Below, piece by piece: positions 1-9,569 of a stretch of 64,000 bases of DNA. Source of the DNA: an uncultured bacterium (GTDB taxonomy: Bacteria; JAGOEH01); contig CAZWDO010000001.1 in the NCBI GenBank assembly GCA_964632485.1, positions 357,631 to 421,630 of the forward strand. Reading direction: 5' to 3'. The notes below the pieces were generated by a model that was not told the DNA's origin, did not search any database, and saw nothing but the letters and a program-made list of their open reading frames with translations. Position 1 is the first letter of the stretch. Each line of letters starts with the position of its first letter. The translations under genes were made by a program, and so were the position numbers.

Positions 1-831
1 GATCGGTTCATAGTAAAAATTTACTCCGGGCCTTGGATCCAAAAGCCGAATACGATGTTCGGCTTCAATGATTTCTTCCCTGGATACGTTTAACTGGCGG
101 GCAATTTGAGGATACTTTTTGTTTTGGATCTCATTAAAAAATTGATCGACAATACGGTATTCCAGAGAATCCTTCTGCTGATAATAATCAAGTTGAATCA
201 AAATGGACTCCCGAAAATCCTGAGCAGCGATGCCGACTGGGTCCAATCTTTGAATAATTGCTAAAACCTGGGATACTTTTTCGAGCGTAATCTCTTCAAT
301 GTTGAAGGGGAACTCCGGGTTTTGATTTTTAATCTGCTGCGCCATTAAATTGACATCATGGGGCCGATAAATAAAAAAACCTTCCTCATCCAGATTGCCA
401 ATGATTAGTTCTCCAATAAAAATTTCTAAAGGCTCCAATTTCAACAGATGAAGCTGTTCAGTCAAATGCTCCATTAAGGATTTATGCTCGGTGATAATCA
501 ATTCATGAGGAGAATTCTCCTCTTTGGTCGAAACCTGGGGAGTGTAATCATTATCCATATTGGCGACATATTGTTCCCAATCGATTTCATCCTCTTTAGA
601 GTTATTTTCATCCATATCGACTTCGGAGGTTGTATCTTCATTAGTCTTATCGGATTCCGGGGCCTCATCGATAATATCTTCATCCTCTTCTAAAAAAGGA
701 TTAATCTCGAATTGAGTTTTAACAAATTGGAGCAGTTCCTCCGTTGGTAACGAAAATATTTCCATAAACCGCATCATATAATATGCCTGAGTATGGGCTT
801 GATGCGCGGATTGCTTATAATGAACTGCCAT
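1..831 (-). CDS. rpoN: RNA polymerase sigma-54 factor (5' part; runs off the window edge, absent from the ORF track)
   Basis: Manual translation from the ATG at 831: MAVHYKQSAHQ...INPFLEEDED, an acidic region II, then SLMEHLTEQL, IGNLDEEGF, QRLDPVGIAAQD, RLLDPRPG. These are RpoN region I and core-binding motifs. The frame is open to position 1. Confidence 0.9.
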   Translation of the reverse strand, partial: MAVHYKQSAHQAHTQAYYMMRFMEIFSLPTEELLQFVKTQFEINPFLEEDEDIIDEAPESDKTNEDTTSEVDMDENNSKEDEIDWEQYVANMDNDYTPQVSTKEENSPHELIITEHKSLMEHLTEQLHLLKLEPLEIFIGELIIGNLDEEGFFIYRPHDVNLMAQQIKNQNPEFPFNIEEITLEKVSQVLAIIQRLDPVGIAAQDFRESILIQLDYYQQKDSLEYRIVDQFFNEIQNKKYPQIARQLNVSREEIIEAEHRIRLLDPRPGVNFYYEPI

Positions 832-1044
832 TTTAACTCTTTCTCATCAAATTCAATTCAAATTTTTCACCGATGGACACATCTCACAGAGTTTGAAATG
901 ACCATCTGATATTTTTACCATCGGTGACGGTTCAAATCTAAAACGATTACCAGAAATACCGCCGATTATGAAAATTCCAAAACATCCCCAGCGATCTTGC
1001 AAGTTAATCTAAATCAAAACACGAAAAAAATCAAGCAAAAACTT

Positions 1045-2085
1045 TTAACTGCTTTTTCTTGTATTTTTTTTCAATTCCAAAGCAGCATTTTCGGGCGTTA
1101 CCTCAACAGCGAATTCTCGAAAACCTAATTCCGCGCCGGCGTAAAATTTATGGGGCATGATTTCAATGTGGAATCGATAATTTGGATTCCCTTTCAGTTG
1201 ATGAACAATGATATTCATTGTATCGATCCCCATTTCCCGGAAAAGCAGACGAAGGGTTTCATAGAGCGCGCTCGTAATTGAGCGCAATTGCACGTCGGAG
1301 GCCTCGCTCAGCGAACCAAGTTGAAACTTAGGAATAATAAGAGTCTCAAAACGCGTGCGGGGAGCATAGGTCATCATTACGGCGTAATCGGTGTGGTCCA
1401 GTACAATTCGTTCATTTTTCTCAAGTTCAGACTGGATAATGGCATCAAACAAATTTACCTGATAGCGGGCAAAAAATTGTTCAGCTTTAGTAAGTTCCTC
1501 CCGAATCAGAGCAGGCATTTCAGGTAACGCGCCAATCTGCCAATGGTAATGGCTAATTGAAGCGCCATATCCCTGATTTCGGAAAAAAAGCGGATAAAGG
1601 TTACGCTCTTCTACATCCTGGATCACTTTAGACGCTGTTTTAAAAACCATTAACTCTTCATCAAACACCATATCCTTTAAACTAATTTTATGCTGCGGAG
1701 TTTCAACAATATTTAAATGTTCCTCCATCCAGGGGAATAAATTGTTAAAACATCGCAATTGCCAGTCCGGAGAATCGGGAATTCGTAGAAAATCGCCGTG
1801 CGTTGCGGCATGACGTGGAGTTTGATCTTCTCCCCCTTTACAAAAAAAACAGTGCCCGGGATTTTCCATAGAAGGTTCCTTGACATGCATCACCCGTTTG
1901 GAGCGCGCTAAATTAATATGGGTCCAATGATTCATTAAATAACTGGCCCGACGAAATACTGGCTGATGAATGATGCCCTGCTCATCTTCGAACTCCTTCA
2001 GAGCTTCCGGTATCCCGGCAGCAGGTCCCACTATTGCTAATTCACTCCGCACTTCCTTAAATAGTTCTTGATCCCATGGTTTCAT
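1045..2085 (-). CDS. GalT-like nucleotidylyltransferase (galactose-1-phosphate uridylyltransferase / HIT superfamily)
   Basis: CFFC zinc motif, FNNLFP, IVETPQH, and GASISHYHWQI with the catalytic HxHxQ. Substrate is uncertain. Confidence 0.8.
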   Translation of the reverse strand: MKPWDQELFKEVRSELAIVGPAAGIPEALKEFEDEQGIIHQPVFRRASYLMNHWTHINLARSKRVMHVKEPSMENPGHCFFCKGGEDQTPRHAATHGDFLRIPDSPDWQLRCFNNLFPWMEEHLNIVETPQHKISLKDMVFDEELMVFKTASKVIQDVEERNLYPLFFRNQGYGASISHYHWQIGALPEMPALIREELTKAEQFFARYQVNLFDAIIQSELEKNERIVLDHTDYAVMMTYAPRTRFETLIIPKFQLGSLSEASDVQLRSITSALYETLRLLFREMGIDTMNIIVHQLKGNPNYRFHIEIMPHKFYAGAELGFREFAVEVTPENAALELKKNTRKSS

Positions 2086-3853
2086 CTAACAACTCCTTTT
2101 TCTTGTTCACAAGCTGATTAAAACGTTTTATTAAATGGTCAAGGTATTCAATATTTCCATCTTTTTCGACTTGGCTGATTGTACGGCGGATAGATAACAG
2201 TTCCTGTTCCAGGTAACGGAGTTTCATTTTATGCAGGGTTAGCCTATACAATTCCTCACACTCTGAGGGAGAAACCTCAGCAAAGGCGGCTTCTCGCAAA
2301 GTCGCTGACAAGGCTTCATCATCAAGTGTATTTATAAAACTCTTAATCATCTCCGCTTGACTATCATACTCAAGGTTATGGTCAAGGAGGTCTTGAAACC
2401 ACTGCCGCAGAGATGAAGGATTCACCAGAGACAGTGGCAAATCATGACGCAACCGTTCGAGATAGTCATCGGGATATTGGAGGATTAAAGAGAGTAATCG
2501 GCGCTCTTCGGCGGGAATTAACAACCCCGCAGTCTTTTGCTCTTCGTGGAGTAGACCGGATTGTAAGGGTTTATTTGACGAAGACCGCGCGACTTTTTCC
2601 TGGAGAATCGAACGGTTGATACCGGTAATCACCGCAGCTCTATCTAAAAAGACTTGACGATTTAACGGATCATCAATTTTTGCGACAATCGACAGATAGT
2701 GATCGAGTCGATCATTCATTGTCATTTCAGGCTCATATTTATTCAGAAAAAACCACCGGAAATCAGCCGATTCTGTCGCTTTTCCCAACAGATCATTCCA
2801 AAATTGGACCCCATGAGAGCTTAGGATGCTATCAGGGTCCTCCCCTTCTCCCAAAAAGACAATTTTAGCCGGAAGATCCAGAACCGTAAAAATTTCCGTC
2901 GCGCGATATGCAGCGGCCATTCCGGGACGGTCACTATCGTAAACAATTAAAACTTCCCGGCATAACTGCCGGAGACGGCGCCCTTGCTGTAATGTCAGCG
3001 CCGTGCCCAGAGAAGCGACTCCATTCTTAATACCATGCTGAAAAAGAGCTAAAAAATCCATATATCCTTCGACCAGAATCGCTTGCTGACACGCATGAAT
3101 CGTTTCGCGCGATTGCCACAAACCGAATAGATGATCTCCCTTGTGATAGATAGGGGATTCCGGAGAATTAATATATTTAGCTGTATTCGGCTTATCCTCA
3201 AGAATACGGCCCCCAAAAGCCACGACCCGGCCTTTCAAGTCAAAAATGGGAAATATAACCCGATCCCGAAAACGTTCATACCAGCCATTGCCGGTATTTT
3301 TCGAGATTATTCCCAATTGTTGCAGGAGGTTAGTATCAATTCCCGACTGACGAGCGCTTGAGATTAAACGAGAAGTATCATTTCCGGAATACCCGAGTTT
3401 AAATAGATCACAGATAAAAGGAGTGAGTTTGCGTTTATTCAGCCAGTCTTTCAACATCGGATGGCTATCGTTGAATTGGCTGCGATAATAGGCGGATAGC
3501 CATTCATTGGCCTTGTAGAGAAGATCGTAACGGGTTTGTTTTTCCTTTTCCTTTTCATTGCGGGGTAGAGTAAAATGTGTCAAATCCGCCAGTTTTTCCA
3601 CTGCCTCGGGAAATGAAAGTTTGTGAAAAAGCTGAACAAATCGTAAGGCATTGCCCCCTACACCACAACCGAAACAATGAAATATTTGCTTTTGGGGACT
3701 CACTACCATTGATGGAGTTTTCTCCTTATGGAAAGGGCATAATGCGAGATAATTCTGTCCCCGGGGCCGAAGCGCCAGGAATCGCCCCACAAGATCAACA
3801 ATGTCGCTGCGATCCAATAATTGCTGAATAATTTCTTCCTGATAATATCCCAT
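2057..3853 (-). CDS. dnaG: DNA primase
   Basis: CHC2 zinc finger (CPFHKEKTPS...FHCFGC), KYINSPES, and TOPRIM motifs LVEGYMD and YDSD. Confidence 0.97.
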   Translation of the reverse strand: MGYYQEEIIQQLLDRSDIVDLVGRFLALRPRGQNYLALCPFHKEKTPSMVVSPQKQIFHCFGCGVGGNALRFVQLFHKLSFPEAVEKLADLTHFTLPRNEKEKEKQTRYDLLYKANEWLSAYYRSQFNDSHPMLKDWLNKRKLTPFICDLFKLGYSGNDTSRLISSARQSGIDTNLLQQLGIISKNTGNGWYERFRDRVIFPIFDLKGRVVAFGGRILEDKPNTAKYINSPESPIYHKGDHLFGLWQSRETIHACQQAILVEGYMDFLALFQHGIKNGVASLGTALTLQQGRRLRQLCREVLIVYDSDRPGMAAAYRATEIFTVLDLPAKIVFLGEGEDPDSILSSHGVQFWNDLLGKATESADFRWFFLNKYEPEMTMNDRLDHYLSIVAKIDDPLNRQVFLDRAAVITGINRSILQEKVARSSSNKPLQSGLLHEEQKTAGLLIPAEERRLLSLILQYPDDYLERLRHDLPLSLVNPSSLRQWFQDLLDHNLEYDSQAEMIKSFINTLDDEALSATLREAAFAEVSPSECEELYRLTLHKMKLRYLEQELLSIRRTISQVEKDGNIEYLDHLIKRFNQLVNKKKELLDETMGSRTI

Positions 3854-3859
3854 ATCTCA

Positions 3860-3887
3860 ATTATAATGAATTTTAAAAAAAAATCAA
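3860..3887 (-). promoter_or_regulatory. sigma-70-type promoter for dnaG (probably leaderless)
   Basis: Minus strand reads TTGATT-N16-TATAAT, with the -10 ending 6 nt before the ATG. Confidence 0.55.
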
Positions 3888-4101
3888 GCAATTTTAATCT
3901 TTTGATTCGATCGTTCTTAAAGGCTTTTCAAATTTGCCCAATTCAGGTAAAAGAACAGAAAACAGCGATCGAAGTCGGCCAACTGTTAAAAAAAGGGCAT
4001 TTGAGGGCTGGAAGGAGTGGAGTGAAATAACAATTGACACTCAAAATTCAAATTTAGATAAAAGAATAGATAGAATTTAACTGTTTTTAATAAAAAAAAT
4101 A

Positions 4102-4130
4102 TTGACAAAAAAATACAAATTGATTAATAT
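4102..4130 (+). promoter_or_regulatory. sigma-70-type promoter of the chemosensory operon
   Basis: TTGACA(4102-4107)-N17-TAATAT(4125-4130), with an A-rich upstream tract. Confidence 0.65.
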
Positions 4131-4150
4131 ACAATGAACAGGGAGTAACT

Positions 4151-4426
4151 GTGACGAAAAAAGCTCAAAAATTAAGTTTAAACGAAATCCCACAGAAAAT
4201 ATATCCATGGCAGCTCATGGTCATTTTCTTGACAAATCAAGGAATCAGGGTCCCGGTAATGAATAATTTCATGTTTATCACCCATAATTCAAATTTCCCA
4301 CCATACCAGCTAATTAATGTGAATGGCGAGAAATATAATATTTACCGGTACAGTCCCAAAAAGTACACTCCCCGGCAACCCAAACCAATCAACTCTAAAC
4401 ATTTAGTTTTAGAGCATTATCTGTAA
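4151..4426 (+). CDS. hypothetical protein (91 aa), first ORF after the che-operon promoter
   Basis: GGGAG Shine-Dalgarno 5 nt before the GTG, directly downstream of a consensus promoter. No recognisable domain. Confidence 0.45.
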   Translation: MTKKAQKLSLNEIPQKIYPWQLMVIFLTNQGIRVPVMNNFMFITHNSNFPPYQLINVNGEKYNIYRYSPKKYTPRQPKPINSKHLVLEHYL

Positions 4427-4481
4427 AGAGGGGTACCGGTTACATTAATCACAGTTTTAAACTCATAAAAAGGGAGCCTCA

Positions 4482-4790
4482 ATGAGAATTGATCTAAATG
4501 AACAACCGGAGCAATCAGTACTAACGATTGCCGGGGAAATTGAAATCAAGGAAGCAGAGGAATTAAAAAATTATTTCAGCCAACTTGCGGTTCGGGCAAA
4601 GAATAGAATTATCATTGACGTCAAAGATGTGACATTTATCGGAAGCTCAGGAATCGGCAAACTCTTATCCTTATATAAAAATGTTTCGCCCAAAAATATA
4701 CCAATCGAAATTATTAATTTAAATGAAAACCTCTATAACTTATTTACATCCTTCAAACTCGACAAGCTATTTGTCCTAAGGAAAAAATAA
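4482..4790 (+). CDS. STAS-domain anti-sigma-factor antagonist (SpoIIAA/RsbV-like)
   Basis: IAGEIEI...IIIDVKDVTFIGSSGIGKLL retains the phosphorylatable Ser motif. Shine-Dalgarno AGGGAG. Confidence 0.85.
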   Translation: MRIDLNEQPEQSVLTIAGEIEIKEAEELKNYFSQLAVRAKNRIIIDVKDVTFIGSSGIGKLLSLYKNVSPKNIPIEIINLNENLYNLFTSFKLDKLFVLRKK

Positions 4791-4791
4791 T

Positions 4792-5073
4792 ATGCCCAAA
4801 TTTGAAATGAGGAATCAATCATTAATCATATCGGGCGCTCTGGATATCGATAGCATAGAAACACTTTATAAAAAACTCGATCAAATTAAAAATTTACCGG
4901 TTAATGAAATCATTTTCCAGGATATAAACGACGTCCATTTGGCAGCTATACAACTACTGATCTCATTTAAAAAAAGTTTTGCTTCAAAGATTTCCTATAA
5001 AATAATCGATACAAAGTTTCAGGAAATATTGCTTTTAACCGGACTGAATCAATATTTAAGTGAAGAGAGCTGA
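4792..5073 (+). CDS. STAS-domain protein (che-associated, STAS_2/MlaB-like)
   Basis: LIISGALDIDSIETL...INDVHLAAIQLLISF...LLLTGL. Lies immediately before cheY-cheA, as in F8-like che clusters. Confidence 0.7.
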   Translation: MPKFEMRNQSLIISGALDIDSIETLYKKLDQIKNLPVNEIIFQDINDVHLAAIQLLISFKKSFASKISYKIIDTKFQEILLLTGLNQYLSEES

Positions 5074-5075
5074 TT

Positions 5076-5462
5076 ATGCCTGATAAACCATTAATCTTAA
5101 TTGTAGATGATTCTATTACCCTGAGGGCAACTGTACGGGCTACATTGGAAAAAAGTGGATTTTCGATAGAGGAGGCGGAGAATGGTCAAAAGGGGATTGA
5201 GAAGATTGATGAGATTTACAAGCAGGGCCGTAAGATTTCATTAATCTATTCTGATATTTATATGCCCGAGATGGATGGTATTGCCTTTATCCGCAATGTC
5301 AAGCAATCGGCCTATAAATTTATTCCTATCATTGTCTTGACAACGGAATCGCAGCAAAGCAAAAAAATGGAAGGCAAAGAGGCTGGCGCCGCTGGGTGGC
5401 TGCTTAAACCATTCAGTTCAGAAATGCTGATAAATATTGCACGAAAATTTATTCGAACGTAG
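5076..5462 (+). CDS. cheY: chemotaxis response regulator CheY
   Basis: Single receiver domain: IVDDS, YSDIYMPEMDG, LTTES, LLKPF. Confidence 0.9.
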   Translation: MPDKPLILIVDDSITLRATVRATLEKSGFSIEEAENGQKGIEKIDEIYKQGRKISLIYSDIYMPEMDGIAFIRNVKQSAYKFIPIIVLTTESQQSKKMEGKEAGAAGWLLKPFSSEMLINIARKFIRT

Positions 5463-7690
5463 GTGAATCTCATGGATATGGAACGAATTCGCGAATTATT
5501 TTTTCAAGAAGCCGAAGATTTACTCAATCAGTACGAAACGGCATTACTGGAATTGGATAAACGAAAAAACATCCAGGACAATATCAATGGTTTATTCCGT
5601 TCGATACACACGTTCAAAAGCAGTACAGCGCTTGTTGGCTGGGAAAATCTATCCGATTTTTGCCATCACTTTGAGAATCTTCTGGACAGTTTGCGTTCCC
5701 AACAAATTGCGGTGTCCGATGAAATAATTGCCCTACTTTTCAGTGTGGGAGACATTTTAAAAAGTAGTATTGAATCTAACCTTCAGATTCCGACTCCTCA
5801 GTTCCATAAAATGATGGAAACCCTTCAACACCAAGCTTTAAAACTAATGAAAACGGACATAAAGCCCCCTGCGGCTGCATCCCCTGAATTGAAAACCAAG
5901 CAAGAAAAAACAGACGTTAAGCCCGGACAGTTTTATCAAATTNNNNNNNNNNTATAGTTTTTCAATTTTCATTTCTTTAATACTATTAATTCTATCAAAT
6001 TCATTTGCAGTTGGACTCTAAACTATTTGAAACGGGAACTGATCCGATCAATTTTTTCTATGAACTCATGGAATTTGGAGACATTACGGAGATTCAAGCC
6101 GACTGCAGTCGCATTCCGGAATTTGAAAAATTTGATTGTTATTCGCTTTATATTCGCTGGATCATCCATTTTACAACCAAAGAACCCCGTTCACGCATTG
6201 AAAATGTATTTATCTTTGTAATGGACGACAGCAATAGTATCCGCATAGAATCGCCGGAAACTGGCGGAAGCGAAACAGAAACGCCTCTCCCATCGCAGCC
6301 ACCTTTCAAGAAATCCCCAGAGCAGAAAATAGCTCCCCTTTCGCAAAACAAGACACAACCTCAGGAAGTCCTATCGCCACCCGTAAAAAGACAACCAGTT
6401 CAACAGGAGAAATCTCCAGTGAAGGAACCTGCCATGATTATAAAAAAAGCAGCCACTTCAGCAACCCCAACAACTGATGATAAAAAACCAGTGTCCAAAG
6501 TATCAACCATCAGGGTCGATACCGAAAAACTGGATAAATTAGTCAATCTGGTCAGTGAAATGGTGATTGGAGTCGCCCGGCTTAATCAGATTGCCACTTC
6601 AGGGCAATATATAAAGAATCGTGATCTGCGGGGCACGATGGAAAATCTTGTGCGATTTTCCAGAGATTTGCAAGAACAAGTCATGCGAGTGCGCATGATT
6701 CCCGTTGAAGGGACGTTTAACCGTTTTTATCGGGTTGTCCGGGACTTGGCCCGGGAATTAAACAAGAAAATCCGCATTGAAATGTATGGCATTGAAACCG
6801 AATTGGATAAAAATGTAATTGAACAGCTCGGAGATCCTCTGAAGCATCTGATACGCAACTCGGTGGATCACGGAATTGAGTCCCCCGAAACACGGCGAAA
6901 AAAAGGCAAGCCAGACGAAGGGGTCATCAAGCTTAAAGCCTATCAACAGGAAGGCAGCATTATCATCGAGATTAGCGATGACGGCGCGGGAATTAATCGA
7001 GAGATTGTTTATAAAAAAGCCTTGGAACGAGGTTTGATTAGCCCCCAGGAAGCATTTACTGATCAGGAGATTTTTAATTTTCTATTTCTTCCCGGATTTT
7101 CTACCGCCCAAAAAGTAACCGAGATTAGTGGCCGCGGAGTTGGATTAGATGTTGTCCGTCGCAATATCGAAGACCTGAAAGGCTCTATTATGACGGAATC
7201 TACCCCCGATATGGGAACAACATTCCGAATCAAACTGCCTTTAACGTTGGCAATTATTGACGGGATGATTGTACGCGTTGGAAAAGAACATATCACAATT
7301 CCGTTGCTATCAATCATTGAAAGTATTCGACCCCAAGCCGATGATATTAAATCACTCGAAAAGGAAGGTGAGCTGATTGAAGTCAGAGGTGAATATCTAC
7401 CGCTGGTTCGCCTTCATAAGCTATTTAGTTTTGATACTGATAAAATAGACCCGACCGAGGCATTGGTCGTGATTATAGAGGGAAACCGAAAAAAATTCGG
7501 TTTATTAGTTGACGATATCATTGGTGAACAACAAGCCGTCATCAAATCATTGGAAAAAAATCTCAAACAGATAGAAGGAACCGCTGGAGCAACAATACTA
7601 GGTGATGGCAGCCTCTCTTTGATTCTCGACATCTACGGAATAGAAAAAATGGCCTTTTCCAAGCAGGGAGGAGTCACCAATGCCGGATAA
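5463..7690 (+). CDS. cheA: chemotaxis histidine kinase CheA (interrupted by scaffold gap 5943-5952 and about 40 nt of out-of-frame sequence)
   Basis: Hpt LFRSIHTFKSS, P2-like segment, dimerization TIRVDTEKLDKLVNLV, kinase HLIRNSVDHG / DDGAG / GFSTA / GRGVGLDVV, and a C-terminal CheW domain. Confidence 0.92.
5943..5952. other. assembly gap (10 N) inside cheA
   Basis: Run of N. Confidence 0.99.
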
Positions 7691-8141
7691 AAGTAAACCC
7701 ATCAATCGTCAACACATTATTTTCACGTTGGATAACGAGTATTACGCCGTTGAAATTGAAAAAATTAAAGAAATTATCGGCTATAAAGCTCTAACCCGCA
7801 TCCCCAACATGCCCCATTTTATGAAAGGGGTCATCGATATCCGGGGAGAAGCCGTTCCCGTTATCGACATTCGCAATAAATTTAGTCTTCCGGATCGGGA
7901 GTATGATAATTTCACCGTCGTGCTGGTCTTACATATTCGCGGTAAAACAATCGGTACAATCGTCGATAATGTATCGGACGTCATTCATTTCAAGGAAGAA
8001 GAAATCCAACCGGCGCCTAAATTCTCCATGAGCGCTATTAGTGACAACTACGTTGCCGGAGTCGTCAAACAGGCCGATCACTTCGTCATTATACTAGATA
8101 TCGATCGTATTTTAATGGAAGATGAAATCAATGTCATATAA
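7680..8141 (+). CDS. cheW: chemotaxis adaptor CheW
   Basis: IIFTLDNEYYAVEI...TRIPNMPHFMKGVIDIRGEAVPVID...GTIVDNVSDV. Confidence 0.93.
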   Translation: MPDKSKPINRQHIIFTLDNEYYAVEIEKIKEIIGYKALTRIPNMPHFMKGVIDIRGEAVPVIDIRNKFSLPDREYDNFTVVLVLHIRGKTIGTIVDNVSDVIHFKEEEIQPAPKFSMSAISDNYVAGVVKQADHFVIILDIDRILMEDEINVI

Positions 8142-8156
8142 TCAAGGAGCGCTAAG

Positions 8157-9566
8157 ATGAGCGAAGATTATTCTCATCTTATACCTGATTTTGTAAACGA
8201 ATCCAATGAACATCTCGATAACATCGAGAACGATATTCTAAGTTTCGAACAAAAACAGGCAAATCAGGAATTCGATAAAGACCTGATTAACAGTATTTTC
8301 AGAGCCATTCATTCAATTAAAGGCGCGGCTTCTTTCATCGAACTTCACCATATCGAACGCCTTAGCCACCGGATGGAAGATATCCTCGATTTGATCCGCA
8401 ACCAAAAAATAAAATTAAATTCCAATATATCCAATGCATTACTGCATTCTATCGATATGTTGAAAAACCTGTTGGAGAAGATTGAAGTTTCTAACAACAT
8501 CGATATCGATATCTATATAGCCGAGCTTGACCAAGCTCTTGAATCGCAGCTACATCCTGAATTGAAACATGATTTATCAAAATCAACGCAGATCAATTTC
8601 AACAATACTATATTTGAATTTGATGTCAACCACGCAAAACTTAAAAATCGATTTGCTTCAGGATATGTTTATCTCATCGATATCGATCTGATCGAGGATA
8701 TCGAAAAACAACACCTCAATCCGCTAATACTCGTAAAAGAGATGAACAGCCTGGGAGAACTTCTGGACACGAAAATCAATTTGATGGATATCCCTGAAGA
8801 CCTGGAAGAAGATAGTAAACTCCCATTGAAAGTGATCTATTATTCGGCCATGGAAAAAGAGATGGTTTCCTATGCATTAAAAATCAATGAAGATAAAATC
8901 ACCCAACTGGATGCGTCCGATTTCCAGGTTAAAAACGAAGCGCCGCATCCTGTTCAGCCCAAAATAACTAACAGCAGCGCCCCTGCTCCATCCGTTGAAA
9001 TTCCAGCGCAGGAAGACGATACTGAAAATGAAAATTTTTTATCGGAAAATCAGAATATCGAATCCATCGAAGAACCCAGAGTAAACGATCCAGAGGAAAC
9101 TCAGGCAATCGATATTGAAAAAAACCGCGACTATATTACGTTTATGCTCAATTCCGAAGAATATGGTATTGAAATATTGAACATTCATGAAATTATTGGC
9201 TACCAGATTGTCAGTAAAATACCCAATGTCCCTCCCTATATCAAAGGAATGATTAATTTAAGGGGAAATATTGTACCCGTTTTCGACATGAGAGAAAAAT
9301 TCGGGATGACTAATCGCGACATTAACAAATTCACCGTTGTTATTATCGTCGAAATACAGAACAAAACCATCGGTTTAATCGTTGATTCCGTTTCCGATAT
9401 CGTCACATTTCACGATCATGATATCCAGGAAGCGCTGGTAACCCATCATGGAATCAACCTCGAACTGATTCGGGGGGTTGGAAAAAAGGAAAAACACATG
9501 ATTATTCTTCTTAATCTCGACCGTTTGATTTCCACAATTTTTAATGAATTAGCCGCTTGCGCCTAA
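8157..9566 (+). CDS. Hpt-P2-like-CheW fusion protein (kinase-less CheA-like adaptor)
   Basis: N-terminal Hpt (SIFRAIHSIKGAASF), P2-like middle (NPLILVKEMNSLGELLD), acidic/Pro linker, and a canonical C-terminal CheW (YITFMLNSEEYG...KGMINLRGNIVPVFD). No N/G1/F/G2 kinase boxes. Confidence 0.85.
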   Translation: MSEDYSHLIPDFVNESNEHLDNIENDILSFEQKQANQEFDKDLINSIFRAIHSIKGAASFIELHHIERLSHRMEDILDLIRNQKIKLNSNISNALLHSIDMLKNLLEKIEVSNNIDIDIYIAELDQALESQLHPELKHDLSKSTQINFNNTIFEFDVNHAKLKNRFASGYVYLIDIDLIEDIEKQHLNPLILVKEMNSLGELLDTKINLMDIPEDLEEDSKLPLKVIYYSAMEKEMVSYALKINEDKITQLDASDFQVKNEAPHPVQPKITNSSAPAPSVEIPAQEDDTENENFLSENQNIESIEEPRVNDPEETQAIDIEKNRDYITFMLNSEEYGIEILNIHEIIGYQIVSKIPNVPPYIKGMINLRGNIVPVFDMREKFGMTNRDINKFTVVIIVEIQNKTIGLIVDSVSDIVTFHDHDIQEALVTHHGINLELIRGVGKKEKHMIILLNLDRLISTIFNELAACA

Positions 9567-9569
9567 ATA

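Noticed and set aside
484-693. Short ORFs 484..693 (+) and 498..683 (-)
   Set aside because: They are shadows of rpoN, which occupies another minus-strand frame from 831 to the window edge.
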